DNA of 64,000 bases from NCBI GenBank assembly GCA_030704615.1, contig CM060731.1:94798001-94862000 (forward strand), written 5' to 3'. Shown here piece after piece: positions 13,087-25,681 of the stretch; positions within the stretch are counted from its first letter, which is position 1; every line of letters starts with the position of its first letter. This DNA comes from Takakia lepidozioides. Taxonomy: Eukaryota; Plantae; Bryophyta. The position numbers and the translations under genes were made by a program. The notes below the pieces were generated by a model. The model searched no databases. It saw nothing but the letters and a program-made list of their open reading frames with translations, and was not told where the DNA came from.

Positions 13087-15950
13087 CAAGTAGGGGATCT
13101 TTTCCAAGAAACGAGTTTTTTCAGGAACCAAGGATTCACTTGCACCAAAGCCGAGTATCCAGGGTTGAGGGAAATTGGCCAGGTACTAAATATTATGTTT
13201 ACTTGTAAGGCAAAAACGGGTAACACGAGAAATGCGGGAGGATCCCCAGAGAGAAACACGGGAGACGAAGCACGTAGGGTTTTTGGGGGCTCAAGGATGC
13301 AATGAAGTCGCGATTTTTCATTCAAACATAGATTGAGTACCAAATGAATGACGAGTTGGCAGAGGGATGAAATGTGAGAGAATGATCGATTTATCATTGC
13401 TGGGATGAAACCGCGGAAATAAAGGAGATGCAGCAGTAATTTAGGAACAGGGTGACCATATTAAATATTAGCAAGTGGCATGCACCTAAAAGGGTGGTTG
13501 AGAAACAAAACACGTAGGTATAGTATGTTTTTAGAAGTTGATGGGCATGTGGCACAGAGGGGGATAAGACCCGGTGGCCGCCATACTTGATGTCCAAAAG
13601 CTATAGGGTCTTAAATATTGTTGGCTTGCTACTAAATAATCACGTGAAGGAGGCGGCGGGATAAGGTGGAGTTAGGGATCAGCCCAAGTATAAGATTAGT
13701 GGAGACCGGATGGCCATCTCTCTCCTTTTGTTCTAGTTTTCGGCTCTGAAGTAAAGACTGAGTTCACCGTGATGAAGTGTGGGGGCATGTGAATCATTTT
13801 AGATTTGAAGTAGGAATGTAGCAACTAACATTGAGGCGATGGTCATGTTTAGCTAGCATCAGAATGGATGATAAGGACCATTGAGAATAGGATCCAGCAT
13901 GCGAGTTGTATTCACGTAGAATGCAGCTTGAGCGATTCCACTAACATGTCGGGAAGATTAGAAATAGAGGTTGATCACGGGAAGTAGAGGGCAAGTCGTC
14001 CACCAGATTGTCTGCTTAACCATGTAAGATCAAGTTATTAGCATTGAAGCAAAGCATGATCGCACCTGAAGTATGAAGTAAGCAGCACTGCAGTGTCATA
14101 TGCGAACAATAAATGATGCAAATACATAGGCAGAAGAAGTAAGGGGAAGGATCAAAGGAATGCGACCACCTACCTGGGATGATAGTTAAGAAAAATAGTT
14201 AGCATGTTACTTCAAAACAAGAAGTCAAATAATCCATTTAGACCAGGTTTTCTCTTCCGCTGCAATCTGGGATAGATGGAGTACTAATGGGTTGTACTGG
14301 CATGGGCCTAGGACCTTTATTTTTACTTACATGCCATGAAACAGAACCAACAATATCTTAGCAGATCTTTTACGGAGGAGGTTTTGAAAGACTTGAGAGG
14401 AGAGGATGTAGCTTGGGCAAAGATGATGCATAGTGGTCTGGTGGAGGAGATGAAACGATTACAGACTACTGCTGCCAAGTCCCCAATCATTGTGTCTGGC
14501 CCAATTATTGCACAGATTATCTTTGATTCTTGCTTGCTTGATGCACAAGAACGCAAGGTAATGGGGGTGTTTGAGGCAGCCACAACTGCAGTTGAGGAAC
14601 AAGGCTCTTCACAAGGTGAAGGAAGATTAGAGAGACAGCACCACTCCAAGCGACAGAGGAGGGAAGCAACTTTAATGGCGGATCCACTTGCCACAAGGAA
14701 TCCATACGATGATGGTTCCATAGCTCCTGCACAAGATGGGATGCAGCAGCACAATGAGTTGTTATTACTGGAAGCACGGCCATTAGAGAGGGAGACAGAA
14801 GTCACTTCAGCACCACGGCCAGCACAGCAAGCTGACCAAGTTGCCCCAGTGGTAACTCAGACTGGACTTGCTGTTACACCGGAGCCTTTTACTGTGGAGA
14901 GGGAAGGATTGGACATCCCCACAGAGCAAGTAGTGGCAGAAATTGAGAAGGGCAATCTTCTCTATGAAAACTCTGGTATGGTCGGAGACCCCATGGTACC
15001 AAAGGTCTGTCAGCCCAAGGAAATCCCTGATGTGCACGTTGTGCCCAAACCTGTGACAGAGGTTGAAGGAGTAAAGGGCAAGGGTACTGCAGCACCTGTG
15101 GAAGATGAGGTTGCTCAGGAACAAGATCTTGTGGGATCATGGCCTGATTGGTTTGTGAAACATCAAACTGTTGAGAATCAGGAAGAGCAGCAGCAGGTTT
15201 TCCATAAGGACCCACAACAGGCCATGGTTATGAGTTCCATAAGCAGGACTCTCAACCTGTTGGGCACCTATTTCAAGACTCATATTCCTTCCACTCAGTT
15301 GGCAGCATTGCGGGAGGAGCTCAAGCAAGAGCTTGAGGCAAGAATTGTCACTGAGTGTGCAAACAAGGTGGAAGTGGAGGCCAACCTAAAGTTGTAGAAC
15401 GAGTTGGAGGACACTAAAGCTGCCCTATAGCTTGCGAAGAAGAACTTAATTGGGGCGAGTCTTGAGCAGGAGAAGTTGCATGAAGTGCATAAGCAGCAGC
15501 TATACCAAATGCAGGTTCAGCATGAAGACAAGTTGCATGAAGTGAAGTTGCTTCATACGGAATTGGAAGCAGTCAATCAGAGAGTTCTCATACAGTGTGC
15601 CACACTAACGACTAATTTGGAGATGGCTGCAATGGAGGTCAAGAAGCAAGCTGAGCGATGTATAACGGTGGAGACAGATGTAATGGAACATGGGAAACTC
15701 ATTGCTGACATGAAGAATACTTTCTGTCGCAATGAGGATACCATTCAGCAGCTGCACCAGGTCGATGCCCAGAAAAACAGGTACATCTTTGAGTTGTAGC
15801 AAACAATCACAGTACGGGAGAATGAACTTTCTGTGAGTGAAAGGGCCTGGAAAGAAGCCAATAATCTGTCAGCTGCCTATGCAGCTCTGGTTGAGCCTCA
15901 TGCAAAATGCATGGAGACTTTACAACAACTGTTGGAAACATACAGGCTCA
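13087..15950 (+). pseudogene. Remainder of the 3' extra ORF of the older gypsy copy, interrupted by a solo LTR
   Basis: QVGDLFQETSFFRNQGFTCTKAEYPGLREIGQVL then MKQNQQYLSRSFTEE... is homologous to about 43465-45200 and continues exactly where the older copy stops at 34473. In-frame stops present. Confidence 0.9.
13204..14331. mobile_element. Solo LTR (1128 bp) of a different family
   Basis: Termini TGTAAG...CTTACA. Removing it restores the host ORF. Flanks TACT and TGCC look like a 4-bp TSD with two transitions. Confidence 0.75.
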
Positions 15951-16100
15951 AAAAGCAGCGTAGCTACGGCGTGAGCCCAGCCCCGTGAGCCTGGGAGCTG
16001 AGCTCACGTTGTAGCTGCAAAGCGTGAGTGGCACAAATTTGCTGGAGAAGCAGGTCCTATAGACGAGGATTGCAGGAAGAGGACCTATTACCGTGGACAA
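15951..16100. repeat. Fragment of the GTGAGCCC-motif family
   Basis: AGCTACGGCGTGAGCCCAGCCCCGTGAGCC...GGAGCT..GCTCACG is a near match to 24613-24660 in the same orientation. Confidence 0.65.
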
Positions 16101-16352
16101 AACAAAGGGGGCCACCATGCACCATGTCTGCAATGCCTGCACAAAAAGAGGAATATGAAAATATGGCAGATTTGAGCTCAAAATGATTGACACACTTTAT
16201 TTCAATTCACAGATAGACGCTTATAATGAATGGCATGTGCATTTGCATTTGCCCTGGTTCTGTGAACGAAATGTATATGTTTGTCCTAAATGCAAAGTCT
16301 TCACACGATAACCTGGAAACCGGCATGGGAAGCGGGCATGGCTCGTATGTGT

Positions 16353-19300
16353 TCAAAGAGAATCTGGCGGAGCCCTACGTGAGGTGTCCCACTGCAGAAG
16401 GGTGATGACTTCTCCGTAGCCTAGTGTGGCTTGGTGAATGAATTGGTCTCTCTTACCATCGCAGCACATAATTACAAGGTATATGTAATATTGATGCTTG
16501 CAGGGGACCCACTTCCCTCTCATGCCAAGAACGCCCTCACGCATCGTTACAAAATCCGGACAAGTGCACGTAGGGAAATTCCCCACGGTAACCTGATATT
16601 CTTTGCCATGAAGAACTGAGCCAATAGACATCACTGTGTAAATCCGTCCATACACCGGGGCAGGGACTTCGGTGATACGAGTCACCCGAGCCTGCAAAAT
16701 TCTAGCCGATTCCATCTTGCAGTCGTGATCTGCACCCGAATCGACATGGCGCACTGTTTTTCCATCTCTTTTTGTTGGGTGGGAGTCGGCACCGGGTGGA
16801 GGCATTGCCGGAGCATGTGGCACATCTGTGCCCACAGTACATGAGGGCACCACCTGGGACCGTGCAAGACGGAACCCTCCCTCCTCCAGCATGCTTATCT
16901 CGGTTGATGACAGCGACGTCCCAAGTTTCACAGGCCAAATTGCGGGGGGAGGGGCCTTCATTATCACCAAAGGATGAATTGTTCCCTTGACGCATCGTGC
17001 CATATCATCTGGGCAGAACCAAAACTTGTGGTCCTTTGACTCCCCACTATGATAAAGTCGGAGCAACCCTGTGAATGTTGGAGCTGGAGTCCCCCTGGAG
17101 CCTTTGCATATTTTTTATTTGCATTTCTTGAAAGAGGGGGTCCGAATAGCCATGCAAGCCACTCTCGATCCTGGTGGGGTGCGTTCTATATGCCACTCAC
17201 TGTCAATGCAATCAGATTCATGCACCAAGGACACCACCTCCTCCAATGGGATTCCTGCTGTTGTGCTTGCATGATCTGCACCTGCTCCACTGGAAGAGGT
17301 CCCACCTAGGAAGGGGCGGGCACACGACTTAGTCTGCACTGGAGACACCTTTGCTACAGAGAAATTGACCCTGTCCGGCCGATAAAAAACTCCATCCGAC
17401 CCTGGAGGAGTGTTCAATTTCCTTTTGCATGATCCAAATCTTTCCTCGCCTTCCAAATGGGGGACCCTGGATTGCAAAGGGGAGCCTTCAATGCACCTGT
17501 TCAGAGCTCTGGCCATCTTCGATGGGTCTCCGGACCTACTCGCAGCCCTTAGCATCAACAAAGTTGTATCAGGGCCCTTGCCTCCGTCCCGTCCCATCAG
17601 AAAATTGCGGTATCTGGTTTGTTGTGTAAGTGCCCGCACCATGTCATCAGTAGTGGCCACATACAAGTCACGTCCTGCTTTGGTAGACTGCTGCATCCAG
17701 GCGTTGTGAACAGTCTCCGCCAAATTACAGGATGGCATGTCGGCCAAGTCCTCCAAGGACATGTCCTGCAGGAGGCATTGCATGCAAATGTGAGGAACGA
17801 AAGGAAATGGAAGAGGTTCTGCAAGTGACAATCCAACAACCCCAAACGAATAGGCACGATGCAAAGTGAAATTTGTGTTTCTGGGATTGAAGAGGCTTAC
17901 CGTCGTCATGAAAGCTCCCCATTGTCTATACCTGAAGTGCCAGAAAACCAACCAGTCCTCCAACTCCTTCAGGTGGATACCAGTAGCAGCACCAGAGGAG
18001 AACCACCAAGCCCGGAATGCTTGGTAAGTGCTCTCAGCTTCTCCCATTGAGGTGGCATTTTTGTACTTGAGGCAGAGCCTTCTGTGCTCCAACTGAAGGT
18101 CAGGGCAAATGCAGCGCTTTGTATGACGTGCCAGAGATTGACTCCAATGGAAGAGGCATGTGCGCTCCCTATTTTCCACTGGGACCTTAGGATCCCCCGA
18201 ACCAAACACGCGCCGCACTGCATTGAAATTTGCCTGTGCACTATCAGCCATGAAGCCCGCAAAATTTGTGTTCTGCATTCCATTGCGCTGCATGACGGCC
18301 AGGAGCGAATTCCACATGAACATCTGGGATTCAGTGTCCTCCAACTACATATCACAAATTGTTATGGAGAGCACATGCTGGTACGCTGGATCGTACACAT
18401 GGCACGCCATGGTTGTCCAACCCTTCACCCATTTGCAGTGATCAAACATTAACCAACATTTAGCCAAATCTCCTCCAGGTTGCATTCGGCGGACTATGCT
18501 CACACCACTGCCTTCGCCCACTGTGGACATCTTGAACAAATACACCTTAGACGAGCCCTGGCCAGGGAAGATACTGTTTTGAATGAATTCATAGCGACTC
18601 CTCCGTTTGAGGTCCATAATGTTGTCCATGAATCCAGCACTACCTGTGCCCATTCTGAGTGCATTCACCTGGTTTCGAATATTGGGAGAGCTCAACACAG
18701 AGAAATGGTCCATCACTGCATCAAGCGAATCTGCATCCAGCATTGGTTGTGTCGCATCCCCTTCACCCAGTATGTGTTTTTCCAAGAATGCCTTGCTAGC
18801 TGCAAGCGCTATAGCAGAAGGTGTTGCACAAGGAGCATTGTGGAACTCCTGCTTCAGCAGATTTCTAGTGATGTCCACGTTATCCTTGCAACTTCCTTTT
18901 GACACAGGATGCTCATGTGTACCCATATGAATGCAGGCACGAGTCATTGTCTTGCATCGGTGTGCCACCTGGTACATATGAGTGTGGCACACAGAAACAC
19001 AGGACGGGGAAAGTTTGCAGAACCTGCACACAAAAGTATTGGTCTTGGGAGGGGCAAGCCTTGGGGTGAAATGATTCAGGGGCACACCTTCCCACTCACT
19101 TTTGTTTGGTTTAGCGCTGTTTCTCAGGCGAGGACAAGAAATATTCACGCAATTAAAATGCCCAACGCAAACCGACCTTCAAAATTTCAATCCAATGTGG
19201 TTGTGGATGTTCGATGTTTTTGTCATGCACCAAGGGTGTCCGTCATATTTCTTGTCCATGCCCTGCAGAAGCCCACCTAGTCCACTGGAAGATGTGGGAG

Positions 19301-19919
19301 GGTTGAGCTCAAACAAGATGTCCCCATCAAACTCTGCCGGCACATATTGAACCCGCTACACCCGAAGGAACTCCCAATCAGCAAAACGCAGCTCGCTCTT
19401 GCACCCAGGCACCCCTGCGAGGACTTTCAATTTCAGAATGACACTCGTTATCTCCTGCAATTCATCATCCAAGAATGGAGTCTGCACTGGTGGAGGAATC
19501 TCATAAACATCCTCCAAGGACGAGTCTGAAAGAGTCACGACTGTAATGGATGTGCTCACCTCTTGTTTCACATGAACTGCGCCCTTCTGCTGCACGATCG
19601 ATGCTGCAGTGCCAGGGGTAACTACTGATCTTGCTGATTGTCTTCTCTCTTTTCCAAGGACCCGGTATGTGCCTGGAAAGACTCTCCACTTCCTTCCACA
19701 CTCGCCAACCAATGGTTTCTCCAAGTGCCCATAATCCAAATTCCCATCCTCGTCATACACCTCTTTTTGAACAAGCAGAGAACCCAATTCCAGAGGGAAC
19801 ACTGTAACCAGCTCATCGTCATGAGCAACTGCAAACCCATCGTCATTTGCAGTGGCAGTCAGTGGAAGACTACCTGCATTGGAATGAAATCGAGCGAGTC
19901 TATCTCCCTCCCTGGACAT
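16353..19919 (-). pseudogene. MULE family A transposase: GCM-like Zn domain, MULE DDE, SWIM
   Basis: DGHPWCMTKTSNIHNH...SVCVGHFNC and CRFC..C...C...HMGTHEHP form the Zn domain. Catalytic core LMFDH, FMADSA, RTCLFHW (CxxH), SCNLAETVH. SWIM CTCPDF..PCKH. Probable GT-AG intron at 17766-17900. Stop at 18345 and several frameshifts. Confidence 0.88.
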
Positions 19920-21103
19920 GTTTTCCTACACTGACCCAAAGTTGCGATCCACAAAGGGTCCCCCGAACTGATAGCCCGTAATTCTCGAAAGGGGATCCAC
20001 CCCAAACGAACTGAGGTGAATAAGGGTAGCACTGACCCAAAGACTGCGGGCAATGCATGCAACGGATGTAAGAATGACATGCACGGCAAAAGTCTGCACC
20101 GAACTTCGCAGTCAGCCACACTGAGAGACACCAACCAGAAAAACTGTTTTCAAAGACAATAAGCCACAAGAAGCCGTGCTGTATTTGGATGAAAAGCAAA
20201 CCATGAACATGACATGAAACCATCCATTATGGAAAGACGGCAACGACCGTGGAGACCAGTAAACAGGAAACCCCGAATCTAATGAGGTTGTGTTGTGCCA
20301 AAAGAACACAACACTAACACTAACACTCCGGGGGACACCTCGCACGAATGTGTGCAACACATCACCATTGCCGACACAAACCTTTATACCGAATGACCCC
20401 ATTGCGACGGTGACGGCGAAATGCAAACCGCAGGGTAGGCAGTACAACATACGTGGATGCATATGTGAAGCATCACAATTATTGCGAATCTGCAAGTACT
20501 GCTCGAAATTGAACTAGCAATAGATTTTTACGGCACTTCCGAATTTGAAAGAATGCAAGAAGGCTGCCATGTATTGGCAGCCGGCAAAGTACATCTGACA
20601 TATATCAAAAGTACATGCAACAGCATAGGAAGTGCCACCACTTTTTTTCTTGGATAATACAAAGACGCAGAAATGGATGAATTCCGTTCACACATTGATG
20701 ACACCCGCATCCAAATACGGTAAACAATGTCCAATTTTTATTTTGGATACATGCCAAAGCAACCCTTGTTGCAAATGTCAAACTGGAGAGCTCTAGAGGC
20801 AGCATGGGGAGCCCTTGTTTCCACCGGAGGAGGAAGAGAAGGAAGTCGTTATACTTTACGAGCACTAGGGACAGGAATAGAGCCAGACATAGAATGAGGA
20901 TGGAAAGAGTAGACGAAGAGGAAGAGGAGGAAGAAGAGGGCAAAGAGGAAAGTTTGGCGATGGAAGAGCAGGATTTTGGAGAAGAACAGCAGCCCGCCAT
21001 ACTTCCGAGAACAGGCGAGGAGGAGACTGCATCCGAAGGAGAGACGGACGCCAAAGATGATGTTGATGCTGGCCTCACAAAGAAGGAGATAGTGGAAGTC
21101 TTT

Positions 21104-23925
21104 TGATATCAAAATCGCCTACATACGGCATCTTTGTCTGGTTAAATCCACCCGTATTTAGAAGCTCAAACAGTGTGCGGCAACGCACACTCCTTGAGCC
21201 CCAACTTTGTGCTTGTTTTTTGATACAAAAATCGGCCCCAAACGGGCCTATCTGTCTGGTTCAATCCACCACTATTTGGAAGCTCAAACAGTGTGCGGCA
21301 ACGCACACTGCTTGAGCCCCAACTTTGTGATTGTTTTTTGATACGAAAATTGGCCACAAACGGGCCTGTCTGTCTGGTTCAATCCACCACTATTTGGAAG
21401 CTCAAACAGTGTGCGGCAACGCACACTACTTGAGCCCCAACTTTGTGCTTGTTTTTTTATACAAAAATCGGCCACAAACGGGCCTGTCTGTCTGGTTCAA
21501 TCCACCACTATTTGGAAGCTCAAACAGTGTGCAGCAACGCACACTGTTTGAGCCCCCACTTGACATTATTTTTTCATGTTAAAATCGGCCACAAATGGCA
21601 TCTCTGTTAGGCTCAATCCACACTTACCTGGGAGCTCAAACAGTGTGCGTCAACGCACACTGTTTGAGCCCCCCTTTTGCCTTGTTTTTTGGTGTGAAAA
21701 TTGTGCACACATGGCCTCTCTGTCTGGTTCATTCCACCCCTATTTGGAAGCTCAAATAGTGTGCGGCAACGCACACTATTTGAGCCCCCACTTGACATTA
21801 TTTTTTCATGTTAGAATCGGCCACCAAGGGCATCTGTGTCAGGTTCAATCCACACTTACCTGGCAGCTGCGTGCGTCAACACACACAGTTTGAGCCCCCC
21901 TTTTGCCTTGTTTTCTAGTGTGAAAATCGTGCACACAGGGCCCTCTGTCTGGTTCATTCCACCCCTATTTGGAAGCTCATACAGTATGCGGCAACGCACA
22001 CTGGTTGAGCCCCCACTGGACATTATTTTTTCATGTTAAAATCGGCCACAAAGGGCATCTCTGTCAGGTTCAATCCATACGTACTTGTTAATTCAAATAG
22101 TGTGCGTCAACGCACACTGTTTGAGCCCCCCTTTTGCCTTATTTTTTGGTGTGAAAATCATGCACATAGGGCCTCTCTGTCTAGTTCATTCCACCCCTAT
22201 TTGGAAGCTCAAACAGTATGCGGCAACGCACACTGGTTGAGCCCCCACTTGACATTATTTTTTCATGTTAAAATCAGCCACAAAGGGCATCTCTGTCAGG
22301 TTCAATCCATACTTACCTGGCAGCTCAAACAGTGTGCGTCAACGCACACTGTCTGAGGCCCCCCTGCTCATTGTTTGTTTCATGTTAAAATTGGCCACAT
22401 GGGGCATCTCTGTGAGGTTCAATCCACACTTACCTGACAGCTCAAACACTGTGCGTCAACGCACACTGTTTGAGCCCCCCTTTTGCCTTGTTTTTTGGTG
22501 TGGAAATCGTGCACACAGAGCCTCTCTGTCTGATTCAATCCACCCCTATTTCGAAGCTCAAAGAGTGTGCGGCAACGCACACTATTTGAGCCCCCCTTGT
22601 CATTGTTTGTTTCATGTGAAAATTGTGCACACAGGGGCCTCTTTGTAAGCTTCATTCCACCCCTATTTGGAAGCTCAAACAGGGCCACTCTGGTAGGTTG
22701 AATCCACCCCAAATTGGAAGCTCAAACAGTGTGCGGCAACGCACATTGTTTGAGCCCCCTTTTTTGTTTTTTTTTTAATGTGAAAATCGGGCACATAGGG
22801 CCACTCTAGCAGGTTGAATCCACCCCGAATTGTAAGCTCAAACAGTGTGCGGCAATGCACATTGTTTGAGCCCCTTTTTTTGCTTGTTTTTTTAATGTGA
22901 AAATCGGCCACCTTGGGCCCACTCTGGCAGGTTGTATCGGCCACATATGGCCACTCTGGCAGGTTGAATCAACCCCGAATTGGAAGCTGTGCCGCACACT
23001 GTTTGAGCCCCCTTTTTGGTTATTTTTTGATGTGAAAATCGGGCACCTAGGGCAACTCTGGCAGGTTGAATCCACCCCGAATTGGAAGCTCAAACAGTGT
23101 GCGGCAACGCACACTGTTTGTGCCCCTTCACTGCCTATTTTTTGATTTGAAAATCGGCCACTGAGGGCCACTATGCCATGTTCAAATCACCCCTTATTGG
23201 AAGCTCAAACAGTGTGCGGCAACGCACACTGTTTGTGCCCCCTTCACTGCCTATTTTTTTATTTGAAAATCGGCCACTGAGGGCCACTATGCCATGTTCA
23301 AATCACCCCTTATTGGAAGCTCAAACAGTATGCGGCAACGCACACTATTTGAGCCCCCTTTTTTGCTTGTTTTTTATGTGAAAATTGGGCACCTAGGGCC
23401 ACTCTGGCAGGTTGAATCCACCCCTTATTGGAAGCTCAAACAGTGTGTGGCAATGCACACTGTTTGTGCCCCCTTCACTGCCTGTTTTTTTATTTGAAAA
23501 TCGGCCACTCAGGGCCACTATTCCATGTTCAAATCACCCCTTATTGGCAGCTCAAACAGTGTGCGGCAACGCACACTGTTTGAGCCCCTTTTTTTGCTTG
23601 TTTTTTTATGTGAAAATCTGGCACCTAGGACCACTCTGGTAGGTTGAATCCACCCCTTATTGGAAGCAGTGTGTGGCAACGCACACTGTTTTGGGCCCCC
23701 TCTCTGCTTGTTTTTTGATGTGAAATTGGGCCAAACAGGGCCAGTATGCATGCTCAAAACACCCATAGTTGGAAGCACGAACAGTGTGCGGCAACGCACA
23801 CTGTTTGTGCCTCCTTTTTAGCCCCCTCTCTGCCTGTTTTTTTTATGTCGAAATGTGCCACATAGGGCCAAATGTCATGTTCAAAACACCCCTATTTGGA
23901 AGCTCAAGCAGTATGCGCACACTGT
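21104..23925. repeat. Tandem array of about 23 units of about 118-120 bp, each with a 28-bp hairpin
   Basis: AAACAGTGTGCG-G/TCAA-CGCACACTGTTT in almost every unit, flanked by TTGGAAGCTC and GAGCCCCC. Inter-hairpin sequences are mutually related and form subfamilies. Confidence 0.95.
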
Positions 23926-23942
23926 CTGTGTTATGGGGAATT

Positions 23943-24464
23943 GGGGGTTGAAAATCCATGAGCAGCGAGCAGGTTTTGCCGAACGTCACCGAACCGTCCG
24001 GACCTGTTTGCCGAACCACTTCTAGGTTCGGGATAGGTTCGGTTTGTCGAATATTCCCATTTTGGATTCCAAATGAGATTCTTACTAAATTTATATTGCA
24101 TATAACCCCTCAAATGTTGAAGGTTCGGCACCGAACACCATTTCATACACTAAAAAAAAAATTAAGGAAAAAAAGAAAAAAAGAAAAAAAAAAATTGTTT
24201 CTTAGAAAACGTAGGTTCCGGTATTGTTCGGCGCTGAACAGTGCCATAGGTTCGAAAGTGGTCCGAACTCGTTCGGCATAGGCTCGGCACAAGTTCGGAA
24301 GAATATTCCTCGACAGAATATTCCTCCACATAGGCTTGGCACTGGTTCAAAAGAATATTCTTTGGATATTTGGTATATTCTATGAATATTCCCTTAAGTT
24401 CGGCACTGTTCGGCAAAACCTGCTCACTGCTCATGGAGTTCTGCTCATGGAAAACTCAACCTCT
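23943..24464. mobile_element. MITE, probably hAT-type
   Basis: Inverted ends GGGGGTTGA...CCATGAGCAGCGAGCAGGTTTTGCCGAAC and GTTCGGCAAAACCTGCTCACTGCTCATGG...TCAACCTCT. Direct flank GGGGAATT at 23935-23942 and 24465-24472; boundary ambiguous by 1 bp. Confidence 0.8.
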
Positions 24465-24489
24465 GGGGAATTGTGACGGCAACGGATTG

Positions 24490-24762
24490 GCAGACGCACT
24501 GGGGTACATAGGAGACACACTGGGATACATAGGAAATTGCACTTGGTCTTAGATTTCAATTCTTCACACATGGGCCAAAGGCACAGGCTACCCTAGAGGT
24601 CGCGCTTGAGTGCAGCTACGGCGTGAGCCTAGCCGCGTGAGCCCAGGAGCTCGGCTCACGCTTTGCCCTCTAAGCGTGAGCCCAGGGGTTTAGTGGAGGA
24701 AGAAGCAGGCCCCATACCCGAGTCATCTGTTTAGAGAGGGTCCTATTGTCGTGGAAGCAGTA
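24490..24762. repeat. GTGAGCCC-motif family fragment
   Basis: Inverted homologue of about 3525-3760 and direct homologue of 15960-16100. Confidence 0.65.
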
Positions 24763-24779
24763 ATAGCGCTTAAAAAAAG

Positions 24780-25681
24780 AGGTATAGAAAGAATGGAATG
24801 GTCATTGTGAAACTTACTGAGGTTTTCTTATTGAAGAAGAGGTGAAAAAAAAAGGCTAGGTGAGTCGTCATGAATCTTATTTAGGGATTCTTGCATGAAC
24901 AAGAGGCAAGAAAAGTTTGGATGCTCATTGTCAAGCTATCTGACGTTTCCAGTATTTCATCCATAGTGGATGGATGATGGATGGATGAAATATAGAAGGA
25001 GAGGTTAAAAATAATGAGGATGGGCAAGAACAGGCCCCAAAATATGACCCCTCATTGTGAAACAGGCAATGGTTTTTATTAATGTAGATGAGGTGAAAAT
25101 AAAACAGATGGTCATCTTCAAGCTTATTTAGGCTTTGTTTGTGAAGAAGATGTGTAACAAAATGAGCGGTTTATTGTGGAACTTGTTCAGGTTTGTGTTA
25201 TTGAAGATGAGGTGAAAAAAAATACATGGTCATTGTGATTGCTTATTTAGGGTGTGTTTGTGAAGAAGAGGTAAAGAAAAACATTGAGCTATCATTGTGA
25301 AACTTGTTTAGGATTCTGTTATTGAAGAAGAGGTGAAAAAAAAGTTAAGCTCTATCATTGTCAAACTTGTTCAGGTTTCTGTTATTGAAGAAGAGGTGAA
25401 AAAAGAAATCAGATGGTCATTATGAATGTTTATTTAGGGTTTGTTTGTGAAGAAGAGGTGAAAAAATTGAGCTCTCATTCTCAAACTTGTTAAGGTTTCT
25501 GTTATTGAAGAAGAGGTGAAAAAATATTAGATGGTCATCATGAATGCTTATTTAGGGTTTGTTTGTGAAGAAGAGGTGAAAAAAAAAGTTGAGCTCTATC
25601 ATTGTCAAACTTCTTCAGGTTTCTGTTATTGAAGAAGAGGTGAAAAAAAAACCAGATGGTCATCATGAATGCTTATTTAGG
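24780..25681. repeat. Degenerate tandem array of about 60-bp monomers arranged as about 120-bp dimers
   Basis: GAAGAAGAGGTGAAAAAA alternately followed by ...TCATTGTCAAACTTGTTCAGGTTTCTGTTATT and ...AGATGGTCATCATGAATGCTTATTTAGGG. Units are more homogeneous toward the right. Confidence 0.9.

Noticed and set aside
20804-21106. Acidic 100-aa ORF divergent from MULE A, possibly a partner-gene exon
   Set aside because: Low complexity only, with no motif or splice support.
21104-23925. CRISPR-like appearance (28-bp palindromic repeat at regular spacing)
   Set aside because: The spacers are about 90 bp and homologous to each other, no cas genes are present, and the context is eukaryotic.
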